The notes under the pieces were generated by a model that was not told the DNA's origin, did no database searches, and worked only from the letters and a program-made list of their open reading frames with translations. A stretch of 64,000 bases of DNA, taken from assembly GCA_965212265.1 (NCBI GenBank), contig CBDBUZ010000007.1:22349-86348 (forward strand), in the 5' to 3' direction. The position numbers were made by a program, and so were the translations under genes. Of the stretch, positions 10,289 to 25,811 are shown piece after piece. Position 1 is the stretch's first letter, and each line of letters begins with the position of its first letter. Source of the stretch: Parasphingopyxis sp. (GTDB lineage Bacteria; Pseudomonadota; Alphaproteobacteria; Sphingomonadales; Sphingomonadaceae).

Positions 10289-11053
10289 ATGCGCATTCGG
10301 TTTCCGAGGCTCTTCTACGCGCTGACCAAATATTATATCGGCGTCGCGCTGGTTCTACTGATCGCCTTCGCCGTCAATCCGGAGGTTCGCAACTATCTGC
10401 CGATCGGCGGAGTTGAGGAGCTGATCTCCCAGACCATTGAAGGTCCATTCGATAGTGTCGAGATTGGTGCCACAAATGCCGGGGCGCTGGGTAGTTTCGT
10501 GTGGCTGATAATTGCGGTTGGCGGGGCATTGCTCGCCGCCCTCCCCGTCAGCTGGACCTATGTCGCGGTGCGCACCCGCGACGAATATAACCAGTCGCTG
10601 GTCCAGACGATCATCCTCTTGCCGATGATCGTGACGGGTATCGTAATCGTCGTTCACAATTCGCTGGCACTCGCCTTTTCGCTGGCGGGGATCGCGGCGG
10701 GTGTGCAGTTCCGCAATGCGTTAAAGAGTCCCGGCGATGCGCTGTTCATCCTCCTGTCGATCGGGACCGGGCTGTCTGCCGGGATTGGCGCTGTCGAGCT
10801 CGCCTTTGTCGTGACCATTGCGTTCAACTACGGCTTCCTCGTTCTGTGGATGTATGATTATGGCGGTCGCGATGGCAGCCAGCGCTATTTCCGCCGCCGC
10901 GGTGTCGACCCGAGAAAGGTGAAAGCCGAGAAGATCCGCAAGAAGAAAGAAAAGAAGCGCGCGAGACGAATTGCCGCCGGCAAGGAAAGCGATGATGGGA
11001 TTACAGCTGAAGATCCCCCTTCCCCTGCGCAGCCGGAGACTCCCCAACCATGA
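10289..11053 (+). CDS. DUF4956 family membrane protein
   Basis: NSLALAFSLAGIAAGVQFRNALKSPGDALFILLSIGTGLSAGIG matches the DUF4956 pattern. Confidence 0.75.
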   Translation: MRIRFPRLFYALTKYYIGVALVLLIAFAVNPEVRNYLPIGGVEELISQTIEGPFDSVEIGATNAGALGSFVWLIIAVGGALLAALPVSWTYVAVRTRDEYNQSLVQTIILLPMIVTGIVIVVHNSLALAFSLAGIAAGVQFRNALKSPGDALFILLSIGTGLSAGIGAVELAFVVTIAFNYGFLVLWMYDYGGRDGSQRYFRRRGVDPRKVKAEKIRKKKEKKRARRIAAGKESDDGITAEDPPSPAQPETPQP

Positions 11054-11856
11054 TCCGAGCCGTGCTTGCAATGTTGCTGCTCGTGGGCTGCACGGGATCG
11101 GACGTCAACGATAGCGCGCGCTATCTCGATATGCCCGAAGCGCTGGAAGAAATATCCGGCCTCGCCATGGCCTCCGCCAACAGCGTGTTTGCGCATGACG
11201 ATGAAGTCGGCGCGATCCATGAAATCTCGATTGATGATGGCCGTATCCTGCGTACATTCGTGATCGGCAATCCGGTTGTAGAAGACGATATCGAAGGCAT
11301 CGCCGCGCGCGGTGATCAGCTCTGGGTCATCAATAGCGAGGGCGTGATCCGCGCCTTTACCGCCGGACGCCACCGCACGCGGGTGCTGCACCGCCAATAT
11401 GACACCGGGGTCGGTGAATATTGCGAGGTCGAAGGATTATCGCTTGCGCCCCAAACCGATCACCTGCTCATCGCCTGCAAGAATATGTACGAAGGCGATC
11501 GGCGTGGGACTCTGTTCATCTATCAATGGAACACGGAGACGCAGGAAGCCGTCGATGAGCCATGGCGGCAGATCGGCCTGGGAATGGCGCTGCGCGAAGA
11601 ACGATCGGACTTTGCGCCGTCGGCTATCGAATGGCTGCCGGATTATGGGCAAATCCTTGTCCTCTCCGCGCGCGGTCGATCAATGCTCGTACTGGATGAG
11701 ACCGGCCAGATTCTCGCACGCCATCGCCTGAATGTGATGAGCCATCCGCAAGCCGAAGGCGTTACGGTCGTAGGATCCAACCGGCTGGTTATCGCAGATG
11801 AAGGCCAGCAAGGCGGGCCGGGGCAGCTCGCTATCTACCCCTGGCCGCTGTCATGA
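11050..11856 (+). CDS. SdiA-regulated/YjiK-like beta-propeller lipoprotein
   Basis: LLVGC lipobox; EISGL, HDDE, DIEGI, EVEGL, QAEGVT, IADEG; 4-bp overlap with DUF4956. Confidence 0.75.
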   Translation: MIRAVLAMLLLVGCTGSDVNDSARYLDMPEALEEISGLAMASANSVFAHDDEVGAIHEISIDDGRILRTFVIGNPVVEDDIEGIAARGDQLWVINSEGVIRAFTAGRHRTRVLHRQYDTGVGEYCEVEGLSLAPQTDHLLIACKNMYEGDRRGTLFIYQWNTETQEAVDEPWRQIGLGMALREERSDFAPSAIEWLPDYGQILVLSARGRSMLVLDETGQILARHRLNVMSHPQAEGVTVVGSNRLVIADEGQQGGPGQLAIYPWPLS

Positions 11857-12897
11857 GCATTCATCAATAAGATTGTCTTCGACATCCTCGGGTGTCGCGA
11901 TGTCGTCGAAGAAATCGGCCAGATAGGATTGCGCGCGGGACCGCCTCCGCTCTGATAAATTCGGGATTGACGCAATCACCGCCTCATATTGCGATCGAGC
12001 CGCCAACACCTCGGCGGCAATCGCGCGAGTCTGTGCATTATGCGAACAGAAGCCGCGATATACGCGTGTCCGCACGCTCGACACCCGGATCTGGGCCGGC
12101 GGTGCCGAATAGGGTGCAGATACCAGACCTGTCTGATCGAAATCATAGGGCATCGGCGTCAAATTGCTGGTCGCGTTTTCGGTCGCGCCGATCGGGCGGG
12201 TGTTGTGGCAGCAATCCTCTCCCGGAGGCCCGGCCTGCACCGCCCAATCTAGATTGCCGACCATATATTGGAACAACGCCACACGCGCGGTGTCTTCCTG
12301 GTTCAGCCAGTTGGTCGGGAAATCGCCCCGCTCAACTTCGACCATGCCATTACGCTCGGCGGCATCGTCGACATCTTCAATGAAGAAGCCAACCCGGGTG
12401 TAGGATGGTTCGTCATCGTCGCTGCGATAATAGTCGATCTCGGCGAGCCGGACCCGGAAACCGCGCGAGGTCATCGTGTTGAACAGGCGATAGGCCGTAT
12501 ATTCGAGCAGCACATATTGCTGGTGCGATGATTGGCGGCGGCAATGGGTGACAAGCTTCAACCGGCGTTGTCCCTCGAACAATCCGGATTCTGGTCGCGA
12601 TGGCAATTCGACGCGGAGCGGTGGGAAGGTGCAGATCTCCCGTCGCCGACGCGATACGCCGCGCGGAGATAGTTGGATGGAGTGCGTTTCGGGCGCATCA
12701 CCCATCACGGTCAGCGTTCCAGGCGATGCACCGCTCGACCGGGCCAAGCGAGACAGATCGCCCCGGATCGATAGACGGATCGGTTCGTCCGACGCGAATA
12801 GCGTTGTCGGCTCGGTCGATTGTGCTTGCGCGGGCGTCGCGATTGCGACCCCGAGCAAAACAGCCACCACAGACAGGATCAGTTTGAAATGCATCAC
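11851..12897 (-). CDS. Secreted hypothetical protein, probable CotH-like kinase fold
   Basis: Signal peptide; RGVSR, LKLVTHC, EYTAY, GFFIED, QYMVGNLDW, HN, PMPYDFD. Confidence 0.7.
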   Translation of the reverse strand: MMHFKLILSVVAVLLGVAIATPAQAQSTEPTTLFASDEPIRLSIRGDLSRLARSSGASPGTLTVMGDAPETHSIQLSPRGVSRRRREICTFPPLRVELPSRPESGLFEGQRRLKLVTHCRRQSSHQQYVLLEYTAYRLFNTMTSRGFRVRLAEIDYYRSDDDEPSYTRVGFFIEDVDDAAERNGMVEVERGDFPTNWLNQEDTARVALFQYMVGNLDWAVQAGPPGEDCCHNTRPIGATENATSNLTPMPYDFDQTGLVSAPYSAPPAQIRVSSVRTRVYRGFCSHNAQTRAIAAEVLAARSQYEAVIASIPNLSERRRSRAQSYLADFFDDIATPEDVEDNLIDECS

Positions 12898-13967
12898 GGG
12901 CTCCCCTCCCCAACAACGTGCGCGACGACAGTGTCACCGCGAATTTCCAGATAGGACCTCACCCCGCCATAATGGGCAGAAATCCCGGTATCGATGCCGA
13001 TCAATCGGCCATCCAGTAAAATTCTGATGCCCCCGAGCGACGGCGTATGTCCAACAACCATGCGATCTGCGCCATAGGCCGCGAGTACGATATCGACCTC
13101 AGGTTGCGCCTCCTCGGGCGGCAGCAGGGACAGGTCATCGTCCGAACCCCGCAAGAAATAGCCGCGATACCAGAGCGGTCCCATAGGATCGAACAGGATC
13201 GATTCCAGGCCATTATCGCGGCGGACAATCGCCGTTGCTACACGGGAGTTAATCTCGGCAATCGGCAAACGCGCATAGAGTTCGCTCACCCCGCCATGCG
13301 CAAACAGCGTGCCGTCGACCAGCGCGACCGCGCGATTGCGCGCGAGCCACTGGCCAATCTCGCCGTTCGGGCCAAAGGCATGCATCAGCTCTGCACCGCC
13401 AAGCGGCGTATTGCGCAGCCAAAGGCGGCGGATTTGATCTTCGGAAAGGTCAGCCTGCATCCGCCGATAGGCGCGCTCGATCAAATCCTGATTGTCGCGA
13501 TAGAATTGCCGCCGCGCGCGCTCCGACCCGTCTGTGCGGAAGGCCGCATATTCGCCCTCATGGACGTAGCGCAGATCGCCAACGACATTCATCGCTTCAT
13601 GATTGCCGATCAGCGGAATAACAGCGCCGCCGGCCAACGCCGCTTCGCCCTGCAAACGCATCAGATCGCGCAAGATCAGTAAAGTATCCGGGCCGCGATC
13701 GGGCACGTCGCCGGTTTGCACCAGTATCGAGTAACCGCCGATCCAGGCGCCATTGCCATCGACAAGCCCTGCGGCCTCGACAATCGCCCGAAATGCGGCA
13801 TGATCACCGTGCAAATCGCCAATCGCCACGATGCGCCGCTCACCTACCGCCGGTTCGGGCTCCTCCATCCAGGCTGGCGCGACCGGTTCAGCCGTCAGCG
13901 GAGCCACACTGAACGCGACCAACAGGGCGCTCACGGAGAGCAGCCCTTTACGCAACCAATTCGTCAA
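12894..13967 (-). CDS. Calcineurin-like metallophosphoesterase (Shewanella-like phosphatase type), secreted
   Basis: GDLHGD, GDVPDRG, GNHE, FAHGG, GPLWYRG, VVGHT, IDTG; signal peptide; TTG start 13967 with GGGGGA RBS. Confidence 0.88.
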   Translation of the reverse strand: MTNWLRKGLLSVSALLVAFSVAPLTAEPVAPAWMEEPEPAVGERRIVAIGDLHGDHAAFRAIVEAAGLVDGNGAWIGGYSILVQTGDVPDRGPDTLLILRDLMRLQGEAALAGGAVIPLIGNHEAMNVVGDLRYVHEGEYAAFRTDGSERARRQFYRDNQDLIERAYRRMQADLSEDQIRRLWLRNTPLGGAELMHAFGPNGEIGQWLARNRAVALVDGTLFAHGGVSELYARLPIAEINSRVATAIVRRDNGLESILFDPMGPLWYRGYFLRGSDDDLSLLPPEEAQPEVDIVLAAYGADRMVVGHTPSLGGIRILLDGRLIGIDTGISAHYGGVRSYLEIRGDTVVAHVVGEGSP

Positions 13968-14201
13968 TTCGGTAATCCCCCCAGCTCGCGACAGGCCGAG
14001 CCTAGTACCGGCCTGCCTGTAAAGGCAAATCACGACTTGCGAGCCCCAGCCCAAAAGATCGTCTAAACCGGCTTTTCTCCGCAAAACGGGCAGCGAAACA
14101 TCGTAATACCCTTCTGTGTTTCATGGACAGGGCATAACGGGCGCCGGCAGCCGCTATTCGGATACGCGACTGCCGGTATGAAAATCAGCAAGACCCGATC
14201 G

Positions 14202-14972
14202 TCAGAAGCTGTAGGATACACCCAGCCGCCCGATCAGCATTTCGTTCTCGACGTCGAAACGTTGCGGTCCAGTGGCCGCGATCGCATCATCGGCGAGATT
14301 TGTGATGGATGTGCTTGAACCGAAGTCGACATATTGCGCCTCGGCGCGCAACCGCCAATTCTCCGCAACCCGCAGCTCAACACCGCCGCCAGCAACCCAG
14401 CCTAATTCCGTGCGCCGATCTATGAAGGAATCATCGGTATCATAGATCGTATATTGGCCGCTCGCGTCGAGATCGAGATCGAAGAGCTGGTCCTCGAGAC
14501 GACCAAGCGCGAGGCCGGCTGTTGCGAACACCAATATATTGCCGTTCGTCCAACCCGCCCTGCCGCGCAATGTGGCAACATAGTCGGTATCGCTGAGCGC
14601 CGTTTCATCACCTTCTACAAGGTCGACTGGCCGTGCAGACGCGCTGTCGACGAACGTGAAATCGGTCTCGAGCCCCACCACGATTGATCCGAGCTGCCAA
14701 TCGTAACCAAGATGCGCGCCATAGGCGACCGCACTATCGTCATGGGGAAAGCGTGCGCCCGGGCCCGGCTGAATGACCGATCCTGGATCCACAAATCCGG
14801 GTCCTGGGCCGATGAAGCCATCCACATCAATGAGAACATTATCGCTGTGCCCGACTCCGACATGGACACCGCCATATGGCCCCTGCCAGCTCTGCGCATT
14901 GGCGGCGCCTGTCATTGCGACCATCATTGCCAACACTGACAATGATTTCAGGTAGTTACGTGATTTAGACAT
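14202..14972 (-). CDS. Outer-membrane beta-barrel protein (Omp25/RopB-like)
   Basis: Signal peptide, WQGPYGGVHVG, LRGRAG, GWVAGGGVE, C-terminal YSF. Confidence 0.85.
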   Translation of the reverse strand: MSKSRNYLKSLSVLAMMVAMTGAANAQSWQGPYGGVHVGVGHSDNVLIDVDGFIGPGPGFVDPGSVIQPGPGARFPHDDSAVAYGAHLGYDWQLGSIVVGLETDFTFVDSASARPVDLVEGDETALSDTDYVATLRGRAGWTNGNILVFATAGLALGRLEDQLFDLDLDASGQYTIYDTDDSFIDRRTELGWVAGGGVELRVAENWRLRAEAQYVDFGSSTSITNLADDAIAATGPQRFDVENEMLIGRLGVSYSF

Positions 14973-15358
14973 TGGATTATTCCTAGTGGTTAGAGACGAT
15001 TACGAGAATCTCCCCCCCACAGGATGTAGTCAGCCGCGATTCCATCGGATCGATCAAATCGCTGCCATCGCAATAGCCCGCAATTGTTAAGGCCGTGTTG
15101 ACCGCGCCCGCATTCGTGCTTGGTCGCTACGGAGACTGTCCGCCAATTGACACTCCAACACCGCCTTCCTATATCGCCTCCATCACCGCTGCCTTTCGAG
15201 CAATGATGCGAATTTGCGCACCGCGTCACAAGAATGGATCGGCTTCGGCTTCATAGACGCTAAAAGCTGCAGACTCCCCGATTTCGAGGATTGGGAGTCT
15301 TGCGGCTTTTTGTCGTCTAAGCGCTGCAAAATTGAGCAGAAACCGAGGCATATTTTAC

Positions 15359-19516
<4,158 letters not shown>

Positions 19517-19571
19517 TCAAGACTATTCAGTCCCCCGCCCGGATATGGGCGGGGACAGATAAGGATCAGAC

Positions 19572-22500
19572 ATGAACGAACTGACCAATTTCCAGAACCC
19601 GGTGGCCAAGCCGGAGACATTCGACCAGATCCAGATCGGTCTTGCGAGCCCCGAAAAGATCCGCAGCTGGTCTTTCGGCGAAATCAAGAAGCCGGAAACG
19701 ATCAACTATCGCACGTTCAAGCCGGAACGTGACGGCCTGTTCTGCGCGCGCATCTTTGGCCCGATCAAGGATTATGAGTGCCTGTGCGGTAAATATAAGC
19801 GCATGAAATATAAGGGCATTGTCTGTGAGAAATGCGGTGTTGAAGTCACCGTATCGAAAGTTCGCCGTGAGCGGATGGGCCATATCGATCTCGCCGCTCC
19901 GGTTGCCCATATCTGGTTCCTCAAGTCCCTGCCCTCGCGCATCGGACTGTTGCTCGACATGCAGCTCAAGCAGCTCGAGCGGATCCTCTATTTCGAACAA
20001 TATGTGGTCATCGAGCCGGGTCTGACGGCGCTGGAGAAGTTCCAGCTGCTGACCGAAGACGAGCTGCTCGAAGCCCAGGACGAATATGGCGAAGACGCCT
20101 TCTCCGCCGGTATCGGTGCAGAGGCCGTGAAGCATATGCTGATGGATCTCGATCTTGAGCAGGAAAAGGAAGACCTGCTTGAAGATCTGGCGACCACCAA
20201 ATCGACGCTGAAGCCGAAGAAAATCATCAAGCGCCTCAAGGTGGTTGAGAGCTTCATTGAATCGGGCAACCGCCCCGAATGGATGATCCTCGACATCGTT
20301 CCGGTCATTCCGCCGGAACTGCGTCCGCTGGTGCCGCTGGATGGCGGTCGCTTCGCAACGTCGGATCTCAACGATCTGTATCGCCGGGTGATCAACCGGA
20401 ACAATCGTCTCAAACGCCTCATGGAACTGCGCGCACCGGACATCATCGTCCGGAACGAGAAGCGCATGCTTCAGGAATCGGTTGATGCGCTGTTCGACAA
20501 TGGTCGTCGCGGGCGCACGATCACGGGTGCCAACAAGCGCCCGCTGAAATCGCTGTCCGACATGCTCAAGGGCAAACAGGGCCGCTTCCGCCAGAACCTG
20601 CTTGGTAAGCGCGTCGACTATTCGGGTCGTTCGGTCATCGTGACCGGACCGGAACTCAAGCTGCATCAGTGCGGCCTGCCGAAGAAGATGGCGCTCGAAC
20701 TGTTCAAGCCGTTCATCTACGCGCGTCTCGACGCCAAGGGCCTCTCGATGACGCTCAAACAGGCGAAGAAATGGGTCGAAAAAGAACGGAAGGAAGTTTG
20801 GGATATCCTTGATGAGGTTATCCGCGAACATCCGGTCATGCTGAACCGTGCACCGACGCTTCACCGGCTCGGTATCCAGGCATTTGAGCCGGTTCTGATC
20901 GAAGGTAAGGCTATCCAGCTGCACCCGCTGGTCTGCGCCGCCTTTAACGCTGACTTTGACGGTGACCAAATGGCCGTACACGTTCCGCTGAGCCTTGAGG
21001 CCCAGCTGGAAGCCCGTGTGCTGATGATGTCGACCAACAACATCCTCTCGCCAGCCAATGGTAAGCCGATCATCGTGCCGTCACAGGATATGGTGCTCGG
21101 CATCTATTATCTTTCGATGGATCGCGAAGGCGAACCGGGTGAAGGATCGATCCTGGCTGACATCACCGAAGTGCATCAGGCGCTCGAAGTCGGGGCCGTT
21201 ACGCTCCACTCGAAGATTACGAGCCGGGTTCCGCAGACGGATGAAGACGGCAAGAGCTACATGATGCGCGTGGAAACGACGCCGGGTCGCATGCTGATCG
21301 GTGAGACGCTGCCCCAGTCCCACAAGGTGCCTTATGAAACGATCAACCGCCTTCTGACGAAGAAGGAAATCGGTGACGTTATCGATACGGTCTATCGCCA
21401 CACCGGCCAGAAGGACACGGTCCTGTTTGCCGATGGCATCATGGCGCTTGGCTTCCGCCACGCGTTCAAGGCCGGCATCTCCTTCGGCAAGGATGACATG
21501 ATCATTCCGGACGCCAAGGATCCGCTGGTTGAAGAAACCCGGGCCCTGGTTGCCGATTATGAGCAGCAGTATCAGGACGGCCTGATCACGCAGCAGGAAA
21601 AGTACAACAAGGTGATTGATGCCTGGAGCCGTTGCTCGGACCAGGTGGCAAACGCCATGATGGAGGAAATCAAGGCAACGCCGAAGGACGACGACGGACG
21701 CGAAGCACAGATCAACTCGATCTACATGATGTCGCATTCCGGTGCCCGTGGCAGCCCCGCCCAGATGAAGCAGCTGGCGGGTATGCGCGGCCTGATGGCC
21801 AAACCGTCGGGTGAAATCATCGAAACGCCAATCCTTTCCAACTTTAAGGAAGGCCTGACCGTTCTCGAATATTTCAACTCAACCCATGGTGCGCGTAAAG
21901 GCCTTGCCGATACAGCACTGAAGACCGCAAACTCGGGTTATCTGACCCGTCGCCTGGTCGATGTGTCGCAGGATTGCACGATCGTTGAGGAAGACTGCAA
22001 GACGAAGAACTCACTGGAAATGAAAGCCATCATCCAGGGCGGTTCGACGATTGCAACTCTGTCTGAGCGTATCCTGGGTCGTACCGCAGCCGAAGACATT
22101 ATCGGCGGCAAGGATGGCGATGTGATCGTCAAAGCCGGCGTGATGATGGACGAACCGATGGCGCTCGCTGTCGAAGAATCCGGTGTCCAGTCGGTGCAGA
22201 TCCGTTCGCCGCTTACCTGTGAATCCAAGGTTGGTGTCTGTGGCAAATGCTACGGTCGCGATCTTGCTCGCGGTACGCCGGTGAATATCGGTGAAGCGGT
22301 TGGCGTTATCGCTGCCCAGTCGATCGGTGAGCCGGGCACGCAGCTGACGATGCGGACCTTCCATATCGGCGGTGCCGCTCAGCTCAACGAACAGTCCAAT
22401 CTTGAATCTCCTGCCGACGGCAAGCTCGAATATCGCGAGCTCAATGCCATCATCGACAGCAAGAAGCGGACGCTGGCACTGTCCCGTTCGGGTGAGCTCG

Positions 22501-23759
22501 CCATTATCGACGCAGAAGGCCGCGAGGTCGGCGTGTTCCGCGTTCCTTATGGCGCGCGCTTGCTCCACAAGGATGGCGATACTGTCGAACAGGGTGAGCG
22601 GATCGCAGAATGGGATCCGAGCTACGCACCGGTTATCACCGAAAAAGGCGGTACCGCTAAGTTCCAGGACATTGTCGATTCCCGCACGGTCAAGGAAGAA
22701 ACTGACGAAGCAACGGGTATCACCCAGCGCGTCGTTACCGAAGACCAGGCGAAAACCAAGAAGGACGATCTCAAGCCGCGTATCACGCTGCTTGACGGTG
22801 ATAGCGGCGAAGCCGGTGTCTACCGATTGATCCCCGGCGCGGTTATCTCGGTTGAAGACGGCCAGGAGCTGCATGAAGGTGACATCGTTGCCCGACTGCC
22901 GCGTGAAGCTGCCAAGACGCGTGATATTACCGGTGGTCTGCCACGGGTTGCCGAATTGTTCGAAGCCCGTGTGCCGAAGGACAATGCGGTCATCGCGAAG
23001 ATTGACGGCCGTATCGAGTTCGTTCGGGACTATAAGGCGAAACGCAAAATTGCGATCGTTCCCGAGGAAGGTGATCCGGTTGAATATCTGATTCCGAAGA
23101 CGAAGATTATTGATGTGCAAGAAGGCGACTTTGTTAAGAAGGGCGACGATCTTGTCGCCGGTTCGCCCGATCCGCACGATATTCTCGAAGTTCTCGGCAT
23201 CGAAGCACTGGCCGAATATCTCGTGTCCGAGATCCAGGAAGTCTATCGACTGCAGGGCGTGAAGATCAACGATAAGCATATCGAGACGATCGTTCGCCAG
23301 ATGCTGCAGAAGGTGGAAATCATCGATGGTGGCGATACGACTCTGCTCGTCGGCGAACAGCTCGACGAAGCGGAAATGAACGAGATCAATGCCAAGCTTA
23401 CCAAGAGCAAGAAGAAGGCCCAGGGTAAGCCGGTATTGCTCGGCATTACCAAGGCGTCGCTGCAGACCCGCAGCTTCATCTCGGCCGCGTCGTTCCAGGA
23501 AACCACCCGTGTTCTCACCGAGGCCGCGGTTCAGGGCAAGATCGATACGCTGCAAGGCCTGAAAGAGAATGTCATCGTTGGCCGGCTTATCCCGGCTGGT
23601 ACGGGTGCGGGCATGAACCGCGTCCGGGTGACAGCCTCTTCTCGCGATGCTGCGCTTCGTGCCCAGCAGAAGAAGATGGAAGAAGCGATGCTGGCCGCAC
23701 AGGAAGCCGCTGCTGAACCGGCAGAGGAAGAAGCGGCCGCAGAAACCAGCGAAAGCTAG
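19572..23759 (+). CDS. rpoC: RNA polymerase beta' subunit
   Basis: Zn finger CLCGKYK...[21 protein letters not shown]. Confidence 0.99.
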   Translation: MNELTNFQNPVAKPETFDQIQIGLASPEKIRSWSFGEIKKPETINYRTFKPERDGLFCARIFGPIKDYECLCGKYKRMKYKGIVCEKCGVEVTVSKVRRERMGHIDLAAPVAHIWFLKSLPSRIGLLLDMQLKQLERILYFEQYVVIEPGLTALEKFQLLTEDELLEAQDEYGEDAFSAGIGAEAVKHMLMDLDLEQEKEDLLEDLATTKSTLKPKKIIKRLKVVESFIESGNRPEWMILDIVPVIPPELRPLVPLDGGRFATSDLNDLYRRVINRNNRLKRLMELRAPDIIVRNEKRMLQESVDALFDNGRRGRTITGANKRPLKSLSDMLKGKQGRFRQNLLGKRVDYSGRSVIVTGPELKLHQCGLPKKMALELFKPFIYARLDAKGLSMTLKQAKKWVEKERKEVWDILDEVIREHPVMLNRAPTLHRLGIQAFEPVLIEGKAIQLHPLVCAAFNADFDGDQMAVHVPLSLEAQLEARVLMMSTNNILSPANGKPIIVPSQDMVLGIYYLSMDREGEPGEGSILADITEVHQALEVGAVTLHSKITSRVPQTDEDGKSYMMRVETTPGRMLIGETLPQSHKVPYETINRLLTKKEIGDVIDTVYRHTGQKDTVLFADGIMALGFRHAFKAGISFGKDDMIIPDAKDPLVEETRALVADYEQQYQDGLITQQEKYNKVIDAWSRCSDQVANAMMEEIKATPKDDDGREAQINSIYMMSHSGARGSPAQMKQLAGMRGLMAKPSGEIIETPILSNFKEGLTVLEYFNSTHGARKGLADTALKTANSGYLTRRLVDVSQDCTIVEEDCKTKNSLEMKAIIQGGSTIATLSERILGRTAAEDIIGGKDGDVIVKAGVMMDEPMALAVEESGVQSVQIRSPLTCESKVGVCGKCYGRDLARGTPVNIGEAVGVIAAQSIGEPGTQLTMRTFHIGGAAQLNEQSNLESPADGKLEYRELNAIIDSKKRTLALSRSGELAIIDAEGREVGVFRVPYGARLLHKDGDTVEQGERIAEWDPSYAPVITEKGGTAKFQDIVDSRTVKEETDEATGITQRVVTEDQAKTKKDDLKPRITLLDGDSGEAGVYRLIPGAVISVEDGQELHEGDIVARLPREAAKTRDITGGLPRVAELFEARVPKDNAVIAKIDGRIEFVRDYKAKRKIAIVPEEGDPVEYLIPKTKIIDVQEGDFVKKGDDLVAGSPDPHDILEVLGIEALAEYLVSEIQEVYRLQGVKINDKHIETIVRQMLQKVEIIDGGDTTLLVGEQLDEAEMNEINAKLTKSKKKAQGKPVLLGITKASLQTRSFISAASFQETTRVLTEAAVQGKIDTLQGLKENVIVGRLIPAGTGAGMNRVRVTASSRDAALRAQQKKMEEAMLAAQEAAAEPAEEEAAAETSES

Positions 23760-23786
23760 GTCTTGCCGCGATCCGCTACCGAAAAC

Positions 23787-23818
23787 AGCCCCGCTGGCAT
23801 TAGCCGGCGGGGCTTTTT
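23787..23818 (+). terminator. Rho-independent terminator after rpoC
   Basis: AGCCCCGCTGGC-ATTA-GCCGGCGGGGCT-TTTT. Confidence 0.85.
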
Positions 23819-23882
23819 CACGCCGGATCGGCCCGATGCACCCACCATTGGCGTTTCGAGCGCAAGCGATTATCCCGTACCG

Positions 23883-25064
23883 ATGGAAGTTTCCGATCTT
23901 CGTATCGCCCTGTTCAGCGGCAATTATAATTATGTCCGTGATGGAGCGAACCAGGCGTTAAACCGCCTGGTCGGCTATTTGTTGCGCCAGGGCGCCGCGG
24001 TCCGGGTCTATTCACCGACTGTCGAAGAACCAGATTTCGAAGCGACGGGCGATCTCGTCCATGTCCCTGCCCTCGCCCTACCGGGACGCGCAGAATATCG
24101 TGCACCGTTCCGCCTGCCGGGCAATGTGCGGCGCGACATTGCCGAATTCAGCCCCAATCTGTTTCACATTGCGAGTCCCGAAATCCTTGGTCACCGGGCA
24201 CTGAGCCTGGCGCGACGCTGGGACATTCCGGCAGTTGCCTCGGTTCATACGCGGTTCGAAACTTATCCGCGCTACTACGGCCTCACCTTTCTCGAGCCCC
24301 TCGTCCTTGCGATATTGCGACGCTTCTACCGCCGCTGCGATGCGATTTTCGCGCCGTCGGAATCAATGGCTCAGATCTTGCGCGAACAACGCATGAGCTA
24401 CGATGTCGGCATCTGGTCTCGCGGGATCGATCGCGAAACGTTCGATCCGAAGCATCGTGACATGGACTGGCGACGGGATAACGGCATTGCCGACGATGAT
24501 GTCGTAGTCGGCTTTGTCGGTCGGCTGGTGATGGAAAAAGGCCTTGATGTCTTTTCGGACGCGATCGACCAGCTTGAAAAACGTGGTGTCCGCCACCGCG
24601 TATTGGTTATTGGCGAAGGCCCGGCCCGCGACTGGTTTGAACGCCGGTTGCCGGACGGCGTATTTGTCGGCTTCCAGAAAGGCCCCGATCTGGGCCGCGC
24701 GGTCGCCTCGCTCGACATGCTGTTCAATCCAAGCATTACCGAGACATTTGGGAATGTGACGCTCGAAGCAATGGCTGCTGGCCTACCCGTCGTCGCCGCG
24801 CGCGCAACAGGCAGCCAGAGCCTTGTTGATGATGGCGTCACGGGCCGCCTGGTCCGCCCAGGTGCCATCGAGGCCTTTGCCGATGCGTTGCAGCTCTATT
24901 GCGAGGATGCAGATAAGCGCCATTCCGCAGGCAATGCCGGTTGCACTGCCAGCGAGCGTTACGGATGGGACCAGGTCAACCAGGCTTTGGTCGATGGCTA
25001 TCTGCGTGTGGTTCGCCAGCATTCAGAAGGTGTATCCGGGCCACCGCGCACGCCCTTGCCATAG
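23883..25064 (+). CDS. GT4 family glycosyltransferase
   Basis: SGNYNYVRDGA, FVGRLVMEKG, ETFGNVTLEAMAAGLPVV. Confidence 0.92.
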   Translation: MEVSDLRIALFSGNYNYVRDGANQALNRLVGYLLRQGAAVRVYSPTVEEPDFEATGDLVHVPALALPGRAEYRAPFRLPGNVRRDIAEFSPNLFHIASPEILGHRALSLARRWDIPAVASVHTRFETYPRYYGLTFLEPLVLAILRRFYRRCDAIFAPSESMAQILREQRMSYDVGIWSRGIDRETFDPKHRDMDWRRDNGIADDDVVVGFVGRLVMEKGLDVFSDAIDQLEKRGVRHRVLVIGEGPARDWFERRLPDGVFVGFQKGPDLGRAVASLDMLFNPSITETFGNVTLEAMAAGLPVVAARATGSQSLVDDGVTGRLVRPGAIEAFADALQLYCEDADKRHSAGNAGCTASERYGWDQVNQALVDGYLRVVRQHSEGVSGPPRTPLP

Positions 25065-25103
25065 ACAGGCACAGGCTGTGCGGGCGCCCGAACTAACTGC
25101 CGA

Positions 25104-25697
25104 TTAGATGCGTTCGATCCGCTGTGCAGCTTCATCGAGAATATCGGTCACTTCGCGAACCAGATCTTCATCGATACCTTTGGCCGACAAGCGATGGCCG
25201 AGCACGGCAAACAGATTACCCATCGCCCGCTTAATCGCTGCGCTATCGCCTTTCGTTTCACGTTGGCCAAGGCCTTCGAGACGGGCCATCAGCGCGTCTA
25301 CTTCTTCGGCCTTTTCCTTGAGTTCAGTCTTGCCGCGCTTTGAAATCTTGAAGGTTTTGCGGCTGTCATCGCTCTCTACCGGCTTGATCAGCGCACCATC
25401 TTCAAGAAAATTCAGCGTCGGATAGATGATGCCAGGGCTTGGCGCATATTCACCCGCCGTCATCTCTTCGATCGCACGGATCAAATCATATCCGTGGCGC
25501 GGTTCATCAGCGATCAGCTTGAGCAAAACGAGCCGTAGCTCACCGCTGTCAAACATCCGCTTTTTGCGGCGTTTGCGGTTGCGCCCGCCAAAATCGCCGG
25601 AATCGCTCGCGAAATTACCAAATTGCATGGCAAGCAGTGCTTCAGGCCAGCTTCTCGGCCATCTTCCGCCGAAGCCGCCTCTATTTCGATGTGTCAT
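25104..25697 (-). CDS. PadR family transcriptional regulator
   Basis: PRHGYDLIRAIEE, YAPSPGIIYPTL. Confidence 0.9.
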   Translation of the reverse strand: MTHRNRGGFGGRWPRSWPEALLAMQFGNFASDSGDFGGRNRKRRKKRMFDSGELRLVLLKLIADEPRHGYDLIRAIEEMTAGEYAPSPGIIYPTLNFLEDGALIKPVESDDSRKTFKISKRGKTELKEKAEEVDALMARLEGLGQRETKGDSAAIKRAMGNLFAVLGHRLSAKGIDEDLVREVTDILDEAAQRIERI

Positions 25698-25811
25698 TTT
25701 GGTCTCCTAAACCTTAGTGGTGATCTATCTAAGATATATCTCAGATATATTTGTCAAGAGGTGGCCGCCAAAGATTATAGCATTCTCTATTGCCCGCGTT
25801 AGGGTATCGGC

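Noticed and set aside
14990-15229. 79-aa ORF upstream of rpoB
   Set aside because: Lies in the divergent promoter region, with no RBS or coding-like composition.
19530-19557. Hairpin between rpoB and rpoC
   Set aside because: No U-tract; probably an ordinary mRNA stability element.
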